Source: Scenedesmus sp. PABB004 (taxonomy: Eukaryota). Taken from it: DNA of 64,000 nucleotides. Where the stretch lies: the NCBI GenBank assembly GCA_014905635.1, contig JABVCE010000029.1, positions 62,001 to 126,000 on the forward strand, given 5' to 3'. Below are positions 23,002 through 35,808 of this stretch, piece after piece. A program made the translations under genes and the position numbers. The notes beneath the pieces were generated by a model. That model had not been told where the DNA came from and made no database searches. It was given only the letters and a program-made list of their open reading frames with translations. How positions within the stretch are numbered: the first letter of the stretch is position 1; the number at the start of each line of letters is the position of its first letter.

Positions 23002-26000
23002 TCACATGCGGTGCATCGACTGCACCTGGTACGAGGAGGAGCGGTAGATGGTGCCCTGCGGCGCGTAGGCGCCCGCGTGGTGGTAGCCCGCCAGGCTGGC
23101 GCCGCCGCCGCCGCAGTCGGCGGGCGACACGGTCATGCTGCGCACGCAGCTGCCGAGCGTGTCCACGCTGTGGTGGCCGCCCATCTTGGCCGCCGCCTGC
23201 TGCCGCGCCGCCTCCTCCGCCGCCGCCGCCTCCTGCTGCTGCTGCTGCACGGCCGAGAGCTGCTGCTGCAGGAGCTGCTGGTGCTGCTGCGTCGCGAGCT
23301 GCTGCTGCTGCAGCGCCGCCATGCCCGCTGCGCCGCCGCCGGCGCTGCCATGCCGGCCGCCGCCCGCCGCCGCGGCGGCCGCCTGCATCAGCATCTGCTG
23401 CTGCGCCGCCGCCGCGGCGGCCGCGCTCGCCTGCTGCTGCTGCGCCGCCAGCATCTGCTGCTGCGCCAGCAGCTCGCCGTTGCGCGCCGCCATGTAGCGC
23501 GCGGCCTCGTTCTGAAACTCGCCCATGCGCTCGCGCGGCAGGCTCGTCGCCGCCACGATCGCGCGCCCGTTGGTGCCCGTCGGCCGCGGCGCCGCGCTGC
23601 CGGGCGCGCCTGCGGCGCGGAGCGGCGCAGGGGCGGAGGCGCGCGCGCGTCGGCGCCGGCGAGGGGCGTGCGCGCGAGCGCCCGCCGCCGCCGCCTCCGG
23701 GGCTGCCGCTGCTGCTGCTGCTGCTGCCGCTGCTGCCCGCGCCACCCCGCCGCTGCGTCTCACCGCCGCCCTCGAGGTGCATGAACTGGCGCTTGAAGTT
23801 GTCCACCGCGCTGGGGTAGAGGAACGTCGGCAGCCGCCCACCGCTCAGGTAGTCCTGGAGCACCTGGGGGTGGGGGAACACACGCGGCACCGCGATGCGT
23901 GAGCGGCACGCCACCGCCGCTCGCCGCCGCGCGCGCCGCCCACCGGCCCCTGCCGCCCGCGCGCCCTCCTCGCCCCCCGCCCTGCCCGCCCCGCACCTGG
24001 GGGTGGTACTCCAGGATCTCCCTGTAGATGAGCTCCCGCACCTCCTCGATCGCGAGCTTGCGGCGCTCAAACTCAAACGCGAGCTTCGAAATCGCCTGAC
24101 GCATTGGTTCGAACGGGCGCGGCGGTGAGCGCGGCTGCGCGGGCGCGCCGGCGCCGCCGCCGCGCCGCCGCAGGCGCGTGCGCGGGCACACGGGCACGCG
24201 GGCGTCACCTGCGCGGAGGGCTCGCGCACGGGCGAGTGCAGGTTATGGAAGTAGGGGTCCGCCAGCGCCTCCTCCGCGCTCGGGCGGTCGCTCGGGTCAA
24301 ACGCGAGCAGCCGGCGCAGCAGCGCGAGCGCGCCGCGGTCTGCGCGGCGCGGCGCGGGCGGCGCGTGAGCCGCCGCGCCGCCGCCGCCGCCGCTGCGCGC
24401 CGCCGGCCTGGCGCGCGCCGCGGCCTCTGCTGCCCCTCGCCGCGCTGCGCTGCGCGCCGCTGCTGCCGCGCCGTGCGCCGCGCGCCGCTGCCGCCGCGCC
24501 GCGCGCCGCTGCCGCCGCGCCGCACCGGCGCGCGGGAAGAAGGCTGCCAGGTCGACGCCCGGCTTCTTGCGCATGTTGGCCAGGAAGCGCCGCGCCTTCT
24601 CGTTGCGCACCTGCGCGGGGCAGGGCAGCGCGCGGCGGGGCCGCGTAAGCGGCTGCCGGCGAATCGTCGCGCCGCGCCGCCCCGCGCGCCGCCGCCGGCC
24701 AGCGCGTCCGGCAGCCCCCGCCGCGCCCGCGGCGCGGCGCGGCGCTGCGCGTGCCTTTGCGATGACCTCCGCCGCGGGCGTGCCGAGCAGGTCGGTGATG
24801 AGCTCGAGCTGGTGCACCACGTTGCGGCCGGGGAAGAGCGGCTTGCCGAGCAGCACCTCGGCAAAGATGCAGCCCACGCTCCAGGTGTCGATCGCGGGGC
24901 TGTACTTTGCAAAGAAGCTCCCGCACAGCTCCGGCGCCCTGCGCGGCGATATCGCGCAACGATATCGCGCGGCGCGGCGCGGGGGCGCGCGCTGGGCGGG
25001 CGGCCGGCGGCGCGTGCCCCGCGCTGCACACACCGCCCCGGCGGCCCCCTGGCGCCTGGCCACTGCGGCTCCCTGCCGCGGCCCCTGCGGCGCGCACCTG
25101 TACCAGCGCGTCGCGACGTAGTCGGTCCAGAACACGGTGGTGGGCATGTCGTTGAACGCGGGGCGCGCGAGGCCAAAGTCGCAGATCTTGAGCTTGCAGT
25201 CGCTGTTGGCGAGGATGTTCTTGGGCTTCAGGTCGCGGTGAAACACCTTGGCTGCGGGGGCGCGCGCGTGTGTGCGTGGGCGCGGGCGGGGCAGCGCGGG
25301 CGAGGCGCGTGAGCGCCGCGCACGCGGCGCGCGGGCGTCGCGCGCGGCCGCCGCGGGCGGGAGTGCGCGGGCGCCGCGGGGCGCCGCGGTGTGCGCCGTG
25401 CCGCGCGCACCGCTGTGGATGTACTTGAGGCCGCGGAGCATCTGGTAGAGGAAGAACTGGTGGTGCTCGGGCGTGAGGTCGTCGTTGGCCTTGATGACCT
25501 GGGATGACGAAGCAGCGCAGCGGCGGGGTCGGCGGCGGCGGGGCCGGCGGCGGGGGCGGCGGCGCGCGCAGCGAGCGCGCCCGCCGCAGCGAGAACCGAG
25601 CTGCCACCCTGCCGCCGCCGCGCTGCCGCCGCGCTGCCGCCGCCGCTCCGCTGGTGCGCGCCTGGTGGAGGTCTGTCTCCATGAGCTCAAACACGACGTA
25701 GATGTCCTTGAAGTCCCGGGGGCTGGGCGGGAGCATGATGTGCTTGATCTCAACCACGTCTGTGGAGCAGGGCAGGGACAGGGACGCAGGGCGGGCGCAG
25801 GGCGGAGACGGCGCGGCGTGGGCGCGGCGCGGCAGCGGCAGCGGCAGCGGCGCCGGCGCTGGGAGCGGCGGCGGCGGCGGCGCGGGTAATGCGCGCGCGC
25901 GCGCGCACCCGGGTGCTTGAGCAGGCGCAGGAGCTTGATCTCGCGCAGGATGCGCGTCGCGTCGGAGACGTGCTCAAAGACGTTGTTGATCTTTTTGATC

Positions 26001-26849
26001 GCGACCTTCTCACCCGTGTAGTTGTCGATCGCGCTGCACACGACGCCGTAGCTGCCCTTGCCGATGATCTCGACCAGCTTGTACCTGCGGCGCGCGCGGC
26101 GGCGCGGCGCGGCGGCGGCGCGGCGGGTGGCGGGGTGGCGGTGAGGGGAAGGGGGCGGCGGGGAGGGGCGCACGGGAGGGGGCGCGCCGCGGCGGCGCGG
26201 CCGCGCAGAGCGCGCGCGGCCGCCGCTGCTCTCTGCTGCGCTGCGCTGCGCTGCGCGCGCGGCCGCCGCCGGCGCCGGTGCGCCGCCGGGCCCCGCGAGC
26301 CTCGCGGTCGGGGGGTCGCACGACCGTGGCTGGCGCGGCGGCGGGGGGCGCGGGGGCGCCCCGGCAGGCGCGGCCCCCTGGGAGCTGCAGCTGCTGCCGG
26401 CCTTTCCGCCGCGCCGGCGCCGCGTGGCGCGGCCCGGCGGCGTCCGGGGACCCTGGCGCGGCCCTGGCTGCCGGCCGGCGCGCCACCGCGGCCGCGGCGG
26501 GCCGCAGCTGCGCGCCAGGGCGGTGCCGTGGCCGGCATGCGGCCGCCCCCACCTGCTGGCCTCGCCATAGTCCGTGAAGAACTCGCGCTGGTCCATCCTG
26601 CTGCGCGACGAAGCCTGTGCGCGGCGCGGCGGCGCCGGCGCGAGGCGTGGGGCGCGGCGCCGGGGGGCTGGCAGCAGCGCACGGCTCGCGCTCGTGGGGG
26701 CGCACCTTGGGCCGCGCGCCGCGCTGCGCCGCCTCAAGCGGCTGCTCCGGCTGCGCCTGGGGCGCCTGGGGCGGCGCCGGCTGCGCAGGCGCCTCTGGCT
26801 GCTCGCGGGAAGGGCGCAACCACGCTGCTACGGCTTCAGCAATCGACAT
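23002..26849 (-). CDS. Group D (TDY) mitogen-activated protein kinase; about 12 exons
   Basis: [61 protein letters not shown]; start could instead be the Met at ~26596. Confidence 0.93.
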
Positions 26850-27729
26850 TTCCCTCCATGTTCAGCGTGTGCGCGGTGCTCTGAGGCGCAGCAGCTCACG
26901 GCCGCGGACGCAAGCGCGCGCCGCAGGGTGGGCGGGTGGAGCAGCGCGCTCGGCGTGACCCGCGTGGCGCGCCCAGGGCTCGGCGCGTGGCGGCGTGTGT
27001 CGCTGTCGCTGGCGTGGGACAGTGGGCGGCGACGACGCGGGGCGGCGGGCAAGAGCACGCGCGCACGAGCGGGTGCAGGCCGCGGCGCGGCGTCAGGGCG
27101 CAAGCCGCAAGCCCGCGCCGCGCCACGGCCCGGGGGACCTCTCTCGACGGCCCGCGGCGAGCACCAGCTCGCCTGCCCCGGCGCCGGCGCGGGCGGGGCA
27201 CGCGCCGCGCGTCGTGTGGCGCGCGAGTGAGCGCTGGCGCGGCGCGGCGCGCCGTGTGCGCGCCGTGTGCGCGGCGCGGCTCCGGCGTCGTGCGGCTGGC
27301 GGCGGCGGCGGGCCCGGACGAGTGTGGCGCCGCCAAGCGGCGGCTCGATCCGCGGCCTGCCAGGCTGGCGCGGGAGGCTGGAAAATGTGAGGCGTGCCGC
27401 GCTGACCGCTGCGGGCGGGCGCAGCACCAAACCCCGAGAGCGAGCCGCCGCACACCGCACCGCGCCAGCCGAGCGTCCCGTGGTCGTGGTTACTGCCCCG
27501 CCCGCCCCGCCGGCGCCACCCGCGCCCGCCCCGCCCGCCCTGGTCATCAGAGCCGTCATCCTGCACCCGGCCGCCCCCGTCCGCCCCCAGCCCGTCCCCA
27601 GCCCGCCCCCGTCCCGGCAGCCGCCCGGCTGCCGCACCGCGCCGCCTCCGCGGCGCAGCGGCGCCCGCCGCAGCTGCGGCGCCCGCCGCCGCGCCGCGCC
27701 GCCGCGGCTCGCGCGCCGCATGCTCGCGC

Positions 27730-28984
27730 TCAGAGGCGGCAGAGCGTGATGTGGCGCAGGATCTTGTCCTCGCTGCCGGCCTCGGGGTTGCTCAGCAGCA
27801 GCTGCACGTTGCGCGCCGTCTGGCGCTTGGCCGCGTAGGTGTACAGGACGTACATGCCGTCCCAGTTGCTGCGGCCGCGCGCGGAGGCAAGGGCGAGCGC
27901 GGGCGCGGGTGAGGAGCGGCCCGGGCGGCATGAGCCAGCCGCAGCGGGCCCCGCTGCCCGCGGCAGCTCCCCACCCCCGCCGCTGCTGCGCCTGGCGCCG
28001 CCGCCGCGCTGGGGGCGCGCGCGCAGGGGCCCGCCAGCCGCGGCCGCCGCCGCCAGGCCCCGCCGCCGCGGGCGCCCGCTCACCCCTTCATGGGGTAGGC
28101 CATGCGGCTGCGGTTGCGCACGAGCGCGTTGATGTGCTGGCAGTCCTCCTTGTTGAGGTACGCCTCAAACTTGGCCAGCTGCTCGTCCCTGTCGAGACAC
28201 GGCGGCGCGGGTGCGCGGCGCGAGTTGGCGGGGGCGGCGGCGAGCGAGCGCAGCCCGCGCTGCCCGGCCGGCCAGAGCCGTGCCGCGCGCGGGGCGGCTG
28301 CCACAAGCAGTCGCCGTCGCCGGGGCCGCCGCGGGGGTCGCGGTGCGCTGCGCGCACCTGTCCTGGTCGTTGATGGACGCGCGCAGCACGATCATGGTCT
28401 CGTACCAGTGGTAGCCGGGCGGCAGCTTCAGCATCTCCGGGTCGGGCACAAAGTTGGAGAGGTCCTCCGGCTTCAGCGGCTTGTACTCCTGGCGGTGCGG
28501 CTGGTACGCCGGCGCGGGCGCGGCCGCGACCTGCGGCGGCCGGCCAGCGAGCGGCGGCGGCGGCGGCGCCGGCGCGCGCGTGAGCTGCCGCCGCTGCGGC
28601 CAGGGCCGCTGTCGCGCTGCGTGCTCGTCCAGACGGCGCGGGCGGCGCACGCGGTGCGGCCCCGCCCGCGCGCCCGCCGCTGGCCCGCCGGGCAGCCACA
28701 CAGCATCGGCTGCGGCGCCCCCCCCCCGTGCCGCCCCCGCGCGCGCAGGGCGTGCGGCAATGCCGGACCGCCCGGACGACCTGCCCATGCGGCCGGGGCG
28801 CCCGCGCGGCGGGCAATGAGCGCCAATTGGGGCCGCCGCGGCGCGCCGGCCGCACCTCTGCTACCCGCGCCACCACGCCCGCGCGGCTGCTGCCCGCCGG
28901 CGCCCGGGCGACGACGCCGGTCGCGGCGCTGCGCCGGCCGACCGCCGCGCCAGCGGCCGCCGCGGGGGCGCGCGCTGCGAGCAT
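27730..28984 (-). CDS. PRPS6: Plastid 30S ribosomal protein S6; 4 exons
   Basis: Ala/Arg/Ser transit peptide; [30 protein letters not shown] (bS6 motifs). Confidence 0.85.
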
Positions 28985-29335
28985 CCTGCTGCCGGCTGCT
29001 CTCTCTCCGCGGCAAGCGACGACGCCCGGCGGCGCGAGCGACAGGCTGGCGGCGTCCGGCACGACTGGCGGCCGTGCGCGCGAGTTCGCGGCCAGCCCGG
29101 GCGTCCCGCGAGTTGAACCGCGGCCACTGCGCTGCTCTGCCTGTCGCGCGGCCTCCGCTCGCGCCCACACACCGCCACCCAGCCGGCGCTGCCAGCGGAG
29201 CGCGCGCGCCAGCCGCCCCGCGACAGCAGCAGCCGCCGCCCGCAGCAGCAGCAGCAGCCGCAGCCGCCGGGCGCCCGCGGCGGCGCATGGCCGCCCGCTG
29301 AGCGCGCCCCCTGGCGCACCGGCGCCGTCGCGGCC

Positions 29336-32300
29336 ATGGCCACCGAGGGCGGCGGCGGCGGGGCCGGCGCGGGCAAGCGCCGCGCGCGCGAGGAGCGGCG
29401 CCGCGCCGCGCTCAAGGCGCGTGCGCGCGCCGAGAAGCGCGCGGCGACGCGCAGCGCGCAGGAGGGCGCGGAGATCGCGGAGCTGGAGGTGGCCATCGCG
29501 GCGGGCGCGCCGCCGCCGGGCAGCAACCCGCTCGCCGCGCCGGCGGCCGCCGCCGGTGCCGGCGGCGGGGCGAGCGGCGGCTACGCCGGCGCGCGGTCGT
29601 TTGACGACCTCCCCCTCAGCGCCTACACCAAGGCCGCGCTGCGCGGCGCGGGCTACACGACGCTGACGGCCATCCAGCGCGCGGCGCTGCCGCACGCGCT
29701 CGCGGGGCGCGACGTGCTCGGCGCCGCCAAGACGGGCAGCGGCAAGACGCTGGCCTTCCTCATCCCGGTGCGCGCGCGGGGTGCGGCGGCGCGTGGGCCG
29801 TGGGCGTGTGCGGTGTGTGCGTGGGGCTGGGCGCGCACAGGGCCGCCGCGGCCGCCGCGCGCGGCCGGCCGCGCGAGCTCGCCCGCACGCTCGCCCGCCC
29901 CGCGCCGCGGGGGCGCCGCCGCCAGGTGGTGGAGAAGCTCTACCGCCTCAGCTGGACGCGGCTCGACGGCCTCGGCGCGCTCGTGCTCACGCCGACGCGC
30001 GAGCTGGCGCTGCAGATCTTCGCCGAGCTCGTCAAGGTGCGGCGGCGCGCTGCGTGCTGCGTGTGCCGTGTGCTGCGTGTACCGTGCGAGTGTGCGCGTG
30101 TGTGTGTGCGCGACGCCAGCCGCCGCCGGGGCGGTGATGATCCGCAACAAATGGGTAATTTGCGTCGGCCGCCTGGCCGACACACTGCCATCTGACGCCC
30201 GTGGCTGCGGCTGCTGCTGGCGCGCGCGTGTGCTGTGCTGTGCTGCGTGTGGCTGTGGCTGCGCGGTGCCGGCGAGGATGCGAACACCCGACGTGACCCA
30301 ACGCTGAGCGTCAAAATTTTAGCTTTGTTTTAATTCCTGAGCCGTCGCCGCCGCCTGTTCCGTGCACGTGGGCTCGCGCGTGCTGCGTGCTGCGTTGCGC
30401 GTGCGTGGCGTGTGTCGCGCGCGGCCGCCGATGATGCAAAAGTCCACAGAAATCCAACGCTGAGTTCATTCAGTGAGGAGCGGACAAATACGAGCTTTTT
30501 AAATCTGACGGCGCCGCTGTCGCTGCTGCTGCTGTTGTTTCTGCTGCTGCCGCCGCGTGGGCGCGGCGCCCCGCCGCGGCGCGCGCCGACGCCGCCCCGC
30601 CCTCGCCCACGTGCGCGCGCGCGCTTGCAGGTCGGGCGGCGCCACGACCTCTCCGCGGGGCTGCTCATCGGCGGCAAGGACGTCGCGGAGGAGGCGAGCC
30701 GCGTCAACGCGATGAACATCCTCGTCGCCACGCCCGGTGCGGCCGCGGCGCGCCGCCGACGCGCGCGTCTTGCACCGCACCGCACCGCCCGCCGCGCCGC
30801 GCGCACGCGCGCCCACCCCGCCGCGCCCACCTGGCCCTCCTCCTCCTGCTCCGCCCGCCCCTCCCTCCCCGCGGCCAGGCCGTCTGCTGCAGCACATGGA
30901 CGAGACGCCCGGGTTTGACCCCGCGGGGCTGCAGCTGCTGGTGCTCGACGAGGCCGACCGCATCCTCGACATGGGCTTTGCCGCGACGCTCGACGCAATC
31001 CTGGCCAACCTCCCGCGCGACGGCCGGCAGACGCTGCTCTTCAGCGCGACGCAGGCGCGTGCGGCCGCGCGCCGGCGCGTGTGTTTGTGGGTGTGCGAGC
31101 GCGCGCGCGAGGGGCCGCCGCACGCCGCCGCGTCCCGCGCCTCACGCTCACCCTGCCGCGTCGTGCGCCGCGCAGACCAAGAGTGTGCGCGACCTCGCGC
31201 GCCTCAGCCTGAGCGCGCCGGAGTTCCTCGCCGTGCACAGCGACGCGGCGGCGCCGACGCCGCTGAAGCTGCGCCAGGCGGCGATGGTCGTGGGCCTCGG
31301 CGAGAAGGTCGACGTGCTGTGGGGGTTCATAAAGACCCACCTGTCGGCCAAGACCATCATCTTCCTCTCAACCTGCAAGCAGGCGCGCCCGCCCGCGCGC
31401 CCTCGCGCCGCCACGCGCGCCGCCCGCTCGTCCCGCGCCCGCCCCGCGCCGCGCGCGGCGCCCCGCGCTCACAGCAGCCCCCGCCACCGCCCCGCTCCCT
31501 CGCCGCTCGCCGCCGCCCTTCAGGTCCGCTTCATGCACGAGGCCTTCCGCAAGCTCCGCCCCGGCACGCCGCTGCGCGCGCTGCACGGCGGCATGAAGCA
31601 GGGCAAGCGCATGGCCGTGTTCGACGCCTTCAATGCGCGCCCCCGCCCCGGCGCGCCCGCCGCGTCGGGCGGCGGCGTGCTGTTTGCGACGGACGTCGCC
31701 GCGCGGGGGCTGGACTTCCCAGACGTCGACTGGGTCGTGCAGGCGGACTGCCCCGAGGACGTGGCCGCCTACATCCACAGGCGCGGCGCCCGCGGCGGCG
31801 GCGGCACCCGCGGCGGCGGCACCCGCGGCGGCGCCCGCGGCGGGGGGTGCACTGCTCGCTGCGCAGCGCCCGGCACCTGACGCCGCCGCCGCCGCCGCCC
31901 GCCGCCGCCGCGGGCGGGGCGCAGGGTCGGCCGCACCGCGCGCTACACGTCGTCGGGGCGCGCGCTGCTGCTGCTGCTGCCGAGCGAGCGCGACGCGATG
32001 CTGGCGCAGCTCGCGGACGCCAAGGTCCCGGTGTCGATGCTGCGCCACAACCCGGCCAAGGTCACGCCGGTCGGTCCGTCCTTGAGCGCGCTGCTGTCCA
32101 AGAACGCCGAGCTCAAGGCCTTTGCGCAGGCCGCGCTCGTCGCGTACGCGCGGTCCGTGTTCCTGCAGCCCAACAAGGCCGTCTTCAACGCGGCGGCGCT
32201 GCCGCTGGACGACTACGCGCAGAGCCTCGGGCTGCTCGCCGCGCCGCAGCTCAAGTTCCTGCGCCGCGCAGGCGCGCGCGTGGTCGGCGAGGTCGTGCTC

Positions 32301-33696
32301 GGCCGCGGCGCGGCCGGCGGCGCCGGCGGGGATGCAGGCGCCGGCGGCGACGGCGACGGGGCGCCGCGCGGCGGCGCGGGCGCGCTGGGCAAGCGCGCGC
32401 GCGCGGCGCCGGCGGGGGGCGAGCGGGAGCGGGGGTCGGGCAGCGAGAGCGAGCAGGAGGGCGGCGCGCGGCCGCAGCAGCGGCGGCGGCGCGGCAGCAG
32501 CAGCAGCAGCAGCGGCAGCGACAGCAGCGACGAGGGCAGCGAGGGCAGAGACGGCGAGCCGGAGCCGCCGGCCGCGCGGGCGAGCCGGGCAGCCGCGGGG
32601 CAGAAGCGCAGGGCGCCCGAGGCGCCGGCGGCAGCAGCGGCTGCCGCGGCGGCCGGCGGCGGCGGCGGCGGCAGCGATGGCGACGATGACGATGACGATG
32701 ACGGCGACGGCTTCCTGAAGCTCAAGCAGCGGGACGTCTTTGACGTCGCGCCCGGCGGCGGCAGCGGCAGCGGCAGCGACGACGACGCGCCCGACGAGTG
32801 CCGCCGCGGCGAGCCGCCCGACGACGGCGCGGCGGCGGCCGCCGCGGCCGCGGCCGCCGCCGCCGCGGCGCGGCCGAAGAAGCGGAAGAGGCAGCGCATC
32901 AAGCTCGGCGCGGTGAGCGGGCAGCGCACCGTGTTTGACGACGACGGCCGGCAGCTCGACCCGCTGGAGCTGCTCGCCGCGACCGGCCTCGGGCCCGACG
33001 GCGGCGGCGGCGCCGCGCCCGGCGCGGCCGGCGCGTCGGCGGCCGACGCGGACGGCCTGCACGTCGTCGCGTCGGCGCCGGGCGAGCGCTTCGAGGCGGC
33101 CGCGGCGCTCATGCGCGCGCGCGACCGCGCGGACAAGGCCGCCCAGGCGGCCGCGCGGCGCGCGGCGCGGCTGGAGAAGAAGATCAAGCGCCGCGCCGCG
33201 GCGCAGGTGCGGGCCGGCGGCGGCTGCCGCGCGCGCAGCCTGATCCGCCGAGCGCACCGCGCGCGCCGCCGACCCTGCGCGCCGCGCGCCGACCCCGCGC
33301 GCACTGCGCGCCAACCCCGCGCCGCAGGCCGAGGGCGCACCCGTGGCGATGCTCGGCGGCGGCCCCGGCAGCGACAGCGACGGCGACGGCGACCGTGGCG
33401 GTGCCGCCAGCGGCAGCGAGGACGGCGCCGGCGCCGGCGGCAGCGACAGCGGCGCCGCCGCCGCCGCGGAGCCGGACGCGGCCTACTGGGGCATGGCGCG
33501 GCGCTCGGGCGGCGGCGGCGCGCCCGCGGAGCAGCCGCCGGCGGCCGCGCGGCGCTCGGCCGGCGGCGGCGCGCCCGCGAAGCAGCCGCTGGCGGCCGCG
33601 CGGCCCCGCAAGGCCGCGGCGGCCGCAGCGCCCGCGCCCTCGCTGGCGGAGCAGGAGGCGCAGGCGCTGGCGCTTCTGAGCTCCCGGCCGTGGTGA
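29336..33696 (+). CDS. DDX10: DEAD-box RNA helicase DDX10/Dbp4 (RH32); 8 exons
   Basis: Q motif, [63 protein letters not shown]-terminal [13 protein letters not shown]. Confidence 0.93.
30129..30200 (+). ncRNA. Intronic box C/D snoRNA, U16/snR87-like
   Basis: Box C GTGATGA at 30134, box D CTGA at 30192, terminal stem gggcg/cgccc; TGGGTAATTTGCG is complementary to conserved 18S CGCAAAUUACCCA; D' box is degenerate. Confidence 0.8.
30270..30344 (+). ncRNA. Intronic box C/D snoRNA, putative 25S rRNA guide
   Basis: Degenerate box C (AGGATGC), box D CTGA at 30337, stem cggc/gccg; GCTTTGTTTTAATT is complementary to LSU AAUUAAAACAAAGC. Confidence 0.7.
30426..30513 (+). ncRNA. Intronic box C/D snoRNA, U36a/snR47-like
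   Basis: Box C ATGATG at 30431, D' CTGA at 30460, C' GTGAGGA, box D CTGA at 30505, stem cgccg/cggcg; TACGAGCTTTTTAA is complementary to 18S UUAAAAAGCUCGUA. Confidence 0.85.
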
Positions 33697-33738
33697 GCGG
33701 CCCGAACGGTCGGGGAGCTCACCTCGAGCTCGTCGTCA

Positions 33739-33743
33739 TGTAA
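33739..33743 (+). promoter_or_regulatory. TGTAA polyadenylation signal (DDX10)
   Basis: 43 nt after the stop codon. Confidence 0.55.
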
Positions 33744-33883
33744 CGCCTCTTTGCGGTCTTTGCCGGCGCCCACCGCGCGTCCGCGCACTTCCCCGTGTTC
33801 CCACTATCACGTCGCGCCACGTCCGCGCCTCTCCGGCATCGCTGGCAGCGCGTTCGCGGCGGGGGCGCCTCGAGCTCACGGAG

Positions 33884-35808
33884 ATGGCGCCGCGGCGCGC
33901 GCCCGTGTTGCACGCCCTCACCGATCTCACGTCGAGCACCTGCAGCAGCTCCAGCAGCTCCTCGAGCGACGATGAGGCCAGGGGCGGCGCGCGGCGAGCG
34001 GCGGCGGCGCGCGACCGCGGCGTCAGCGGCGCGCGCTCGCGCTCGCCGGAGGAGCCGCCGCCCGACCTCGTGGCGCTCGTGACCGCTGGTGACGCCTGCC
34101 GCGGCGCGGCGCCCGACAAGCCGCCGGCGGGGACGCGCGGCGGCGGCGGCGGCGGCGACGCGCTGGCGAGCGCCACGCCGCGCCGGCTCAAGTGGGCCAC
34201 GCGCCTCGCCGACCGGTGAGCCGGCGGGGGGCCGTGGGCACGCCCTGAGGCCGCGTCGCTGCGCCACGCGCAGCTGCACCGCGCCACACGCCGCCGCGCC
34301 GCCGCGCCGCCGCGCCGCGCGCTGCGCCCGTGCCGCCGCGCAGCGCGACGGCGGCGGTGAACCTGGAGGCGCACTACGAGCTCGCCCCGGACGTGCTCTT
34401 CGACCTGCTCGCCGACCCGCACCAGCACGCGCGCATCTTCGACGCCATCATCTCGGCCGAGGCCGAGCTGCTCGAGGACGACGGCCCGCGGAGGACGTGG
34501 CGCCTCGACTACACCGCGCGCTGGGCCTTCTGGCGCGTGAACGGGGTGTGCGAGAACCGGTGCGGCGGCGCCGGCGGGCGGCTGTGCCAGCGGCGGCACG
34601 CGCGTGGGCGCGCGGCGCGCCTGCCGCGTCGGCAGAGCCGCCCGCCCGCCCCGCGCTGCCGCGTCGCGCGCCAGCCTGTTCATGTGGACCGACAGGAACG
34701 CCGGCACCGTCACGTTCCGCCTGAGGGAGCCGGGCTTCCTGCGCAGGCGCGGCGCGCAGCGCTTGCGGGGCCCGGGCCCGCTGCGGGCGCGCGGGCGCAA
34801 GCCTTCAAAACCGCGACGGCGCCGCCGCCGCCGCCGGCGCAGGTATGAGGGCACGTGGACCATCCAGCCGGCGTGCGGCACACCGATGCGCGAGTGCTTC
34901 GCCGCCGCGCTGTCGCCGGCGGGCAGCGCCTCGCCGCCGGGCGGCGGCGGCCAGCAGGCGCTGCTGGCGTCGCCGCTCGCGAGCGTGAGCGCCGGCGGCG
35001 GCGCGGCTGGGCCCGCGGCGCTGCCGCGGCTGCCCGGCGGCGTCGTGGCGGCCATCGCGCGTATGCAGGCGGAGTGGCGCGAGAGCGTGGGGCACAGCGC
35101 CGCCAACTTTGCAGCCCTCGGCGGCAGCCTCGCCGGCCGCGCCGGCGGCGGCCTGGCCAGCCCCAGCCGGGGCATCAGCGACCGCGCCGGCGACAGCCCC
35201 GGCCGCGAGCGCGGCGGCCTGCAGCTGCCGGCGGCGCCGCTGGCGCTGCCGGACGCGCTCGGTGCGGCGATCAGCGACCAGCTCGCCGGCCTGGCGGAGG
35301 GGCTGGGTGGCCTCACCGGCGCGGCGCGCGCGCGCCCGGGCGGCGGCGCGGCGCCGGCCGGCGCTGGCCACTGGCAGCGGCGGCTGCCGAGCGCGGCCAT
35401 CATCACCGCCGAGACGCTGACCAGGTGCGCGCGAGCGCTGCGTGCCCTGGTCCAGCCAGGCCTGCTGTCGGGGGCACCGCAGCACTCACCCGTCGCCGAC
35501 CATCGCCGCCGCCGCCGCCGCCAGCCCCAAGCTCACGCCGCCCATCCCCTCAACCAGGTGCGCGAGCGCTGCGCGCCCCGGCCACGGCCAGGCCTGCTGG
35601 CAGGCCGAGCAGCGCTGCTGGCAGCACCCCCTGGCAGGGGCGCCGCGGCCCTTACCACCGCGGCGCACACCCACCGCCGCCACTGCCGCGCGGCCGGCCG
35701 CAGGCGCTCAAGGCGCAGTCCAAGGGCCAGGTGGAGGACATGCTCGAGGGCCTCGTGCGCGCGGCGCTGGCCGCGCAGGCTGCGCAGCGGCGGCAGCCTG
35801 GCCCGTAG
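33884..35808 (+). CDS. START/SRPBCC (polyketide cyclase/lipid transport-like) protein; about 6 exons
   Basis: LAPDVLFDLLADP...ARWAFWRVNGVCENR|LFMWTDRNAGTVTFRLREPGFLRR|YEGTWTIQP...KGQVEDMLEGL; needs a 1-nt correction near 35548. Confidence 0.7.
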
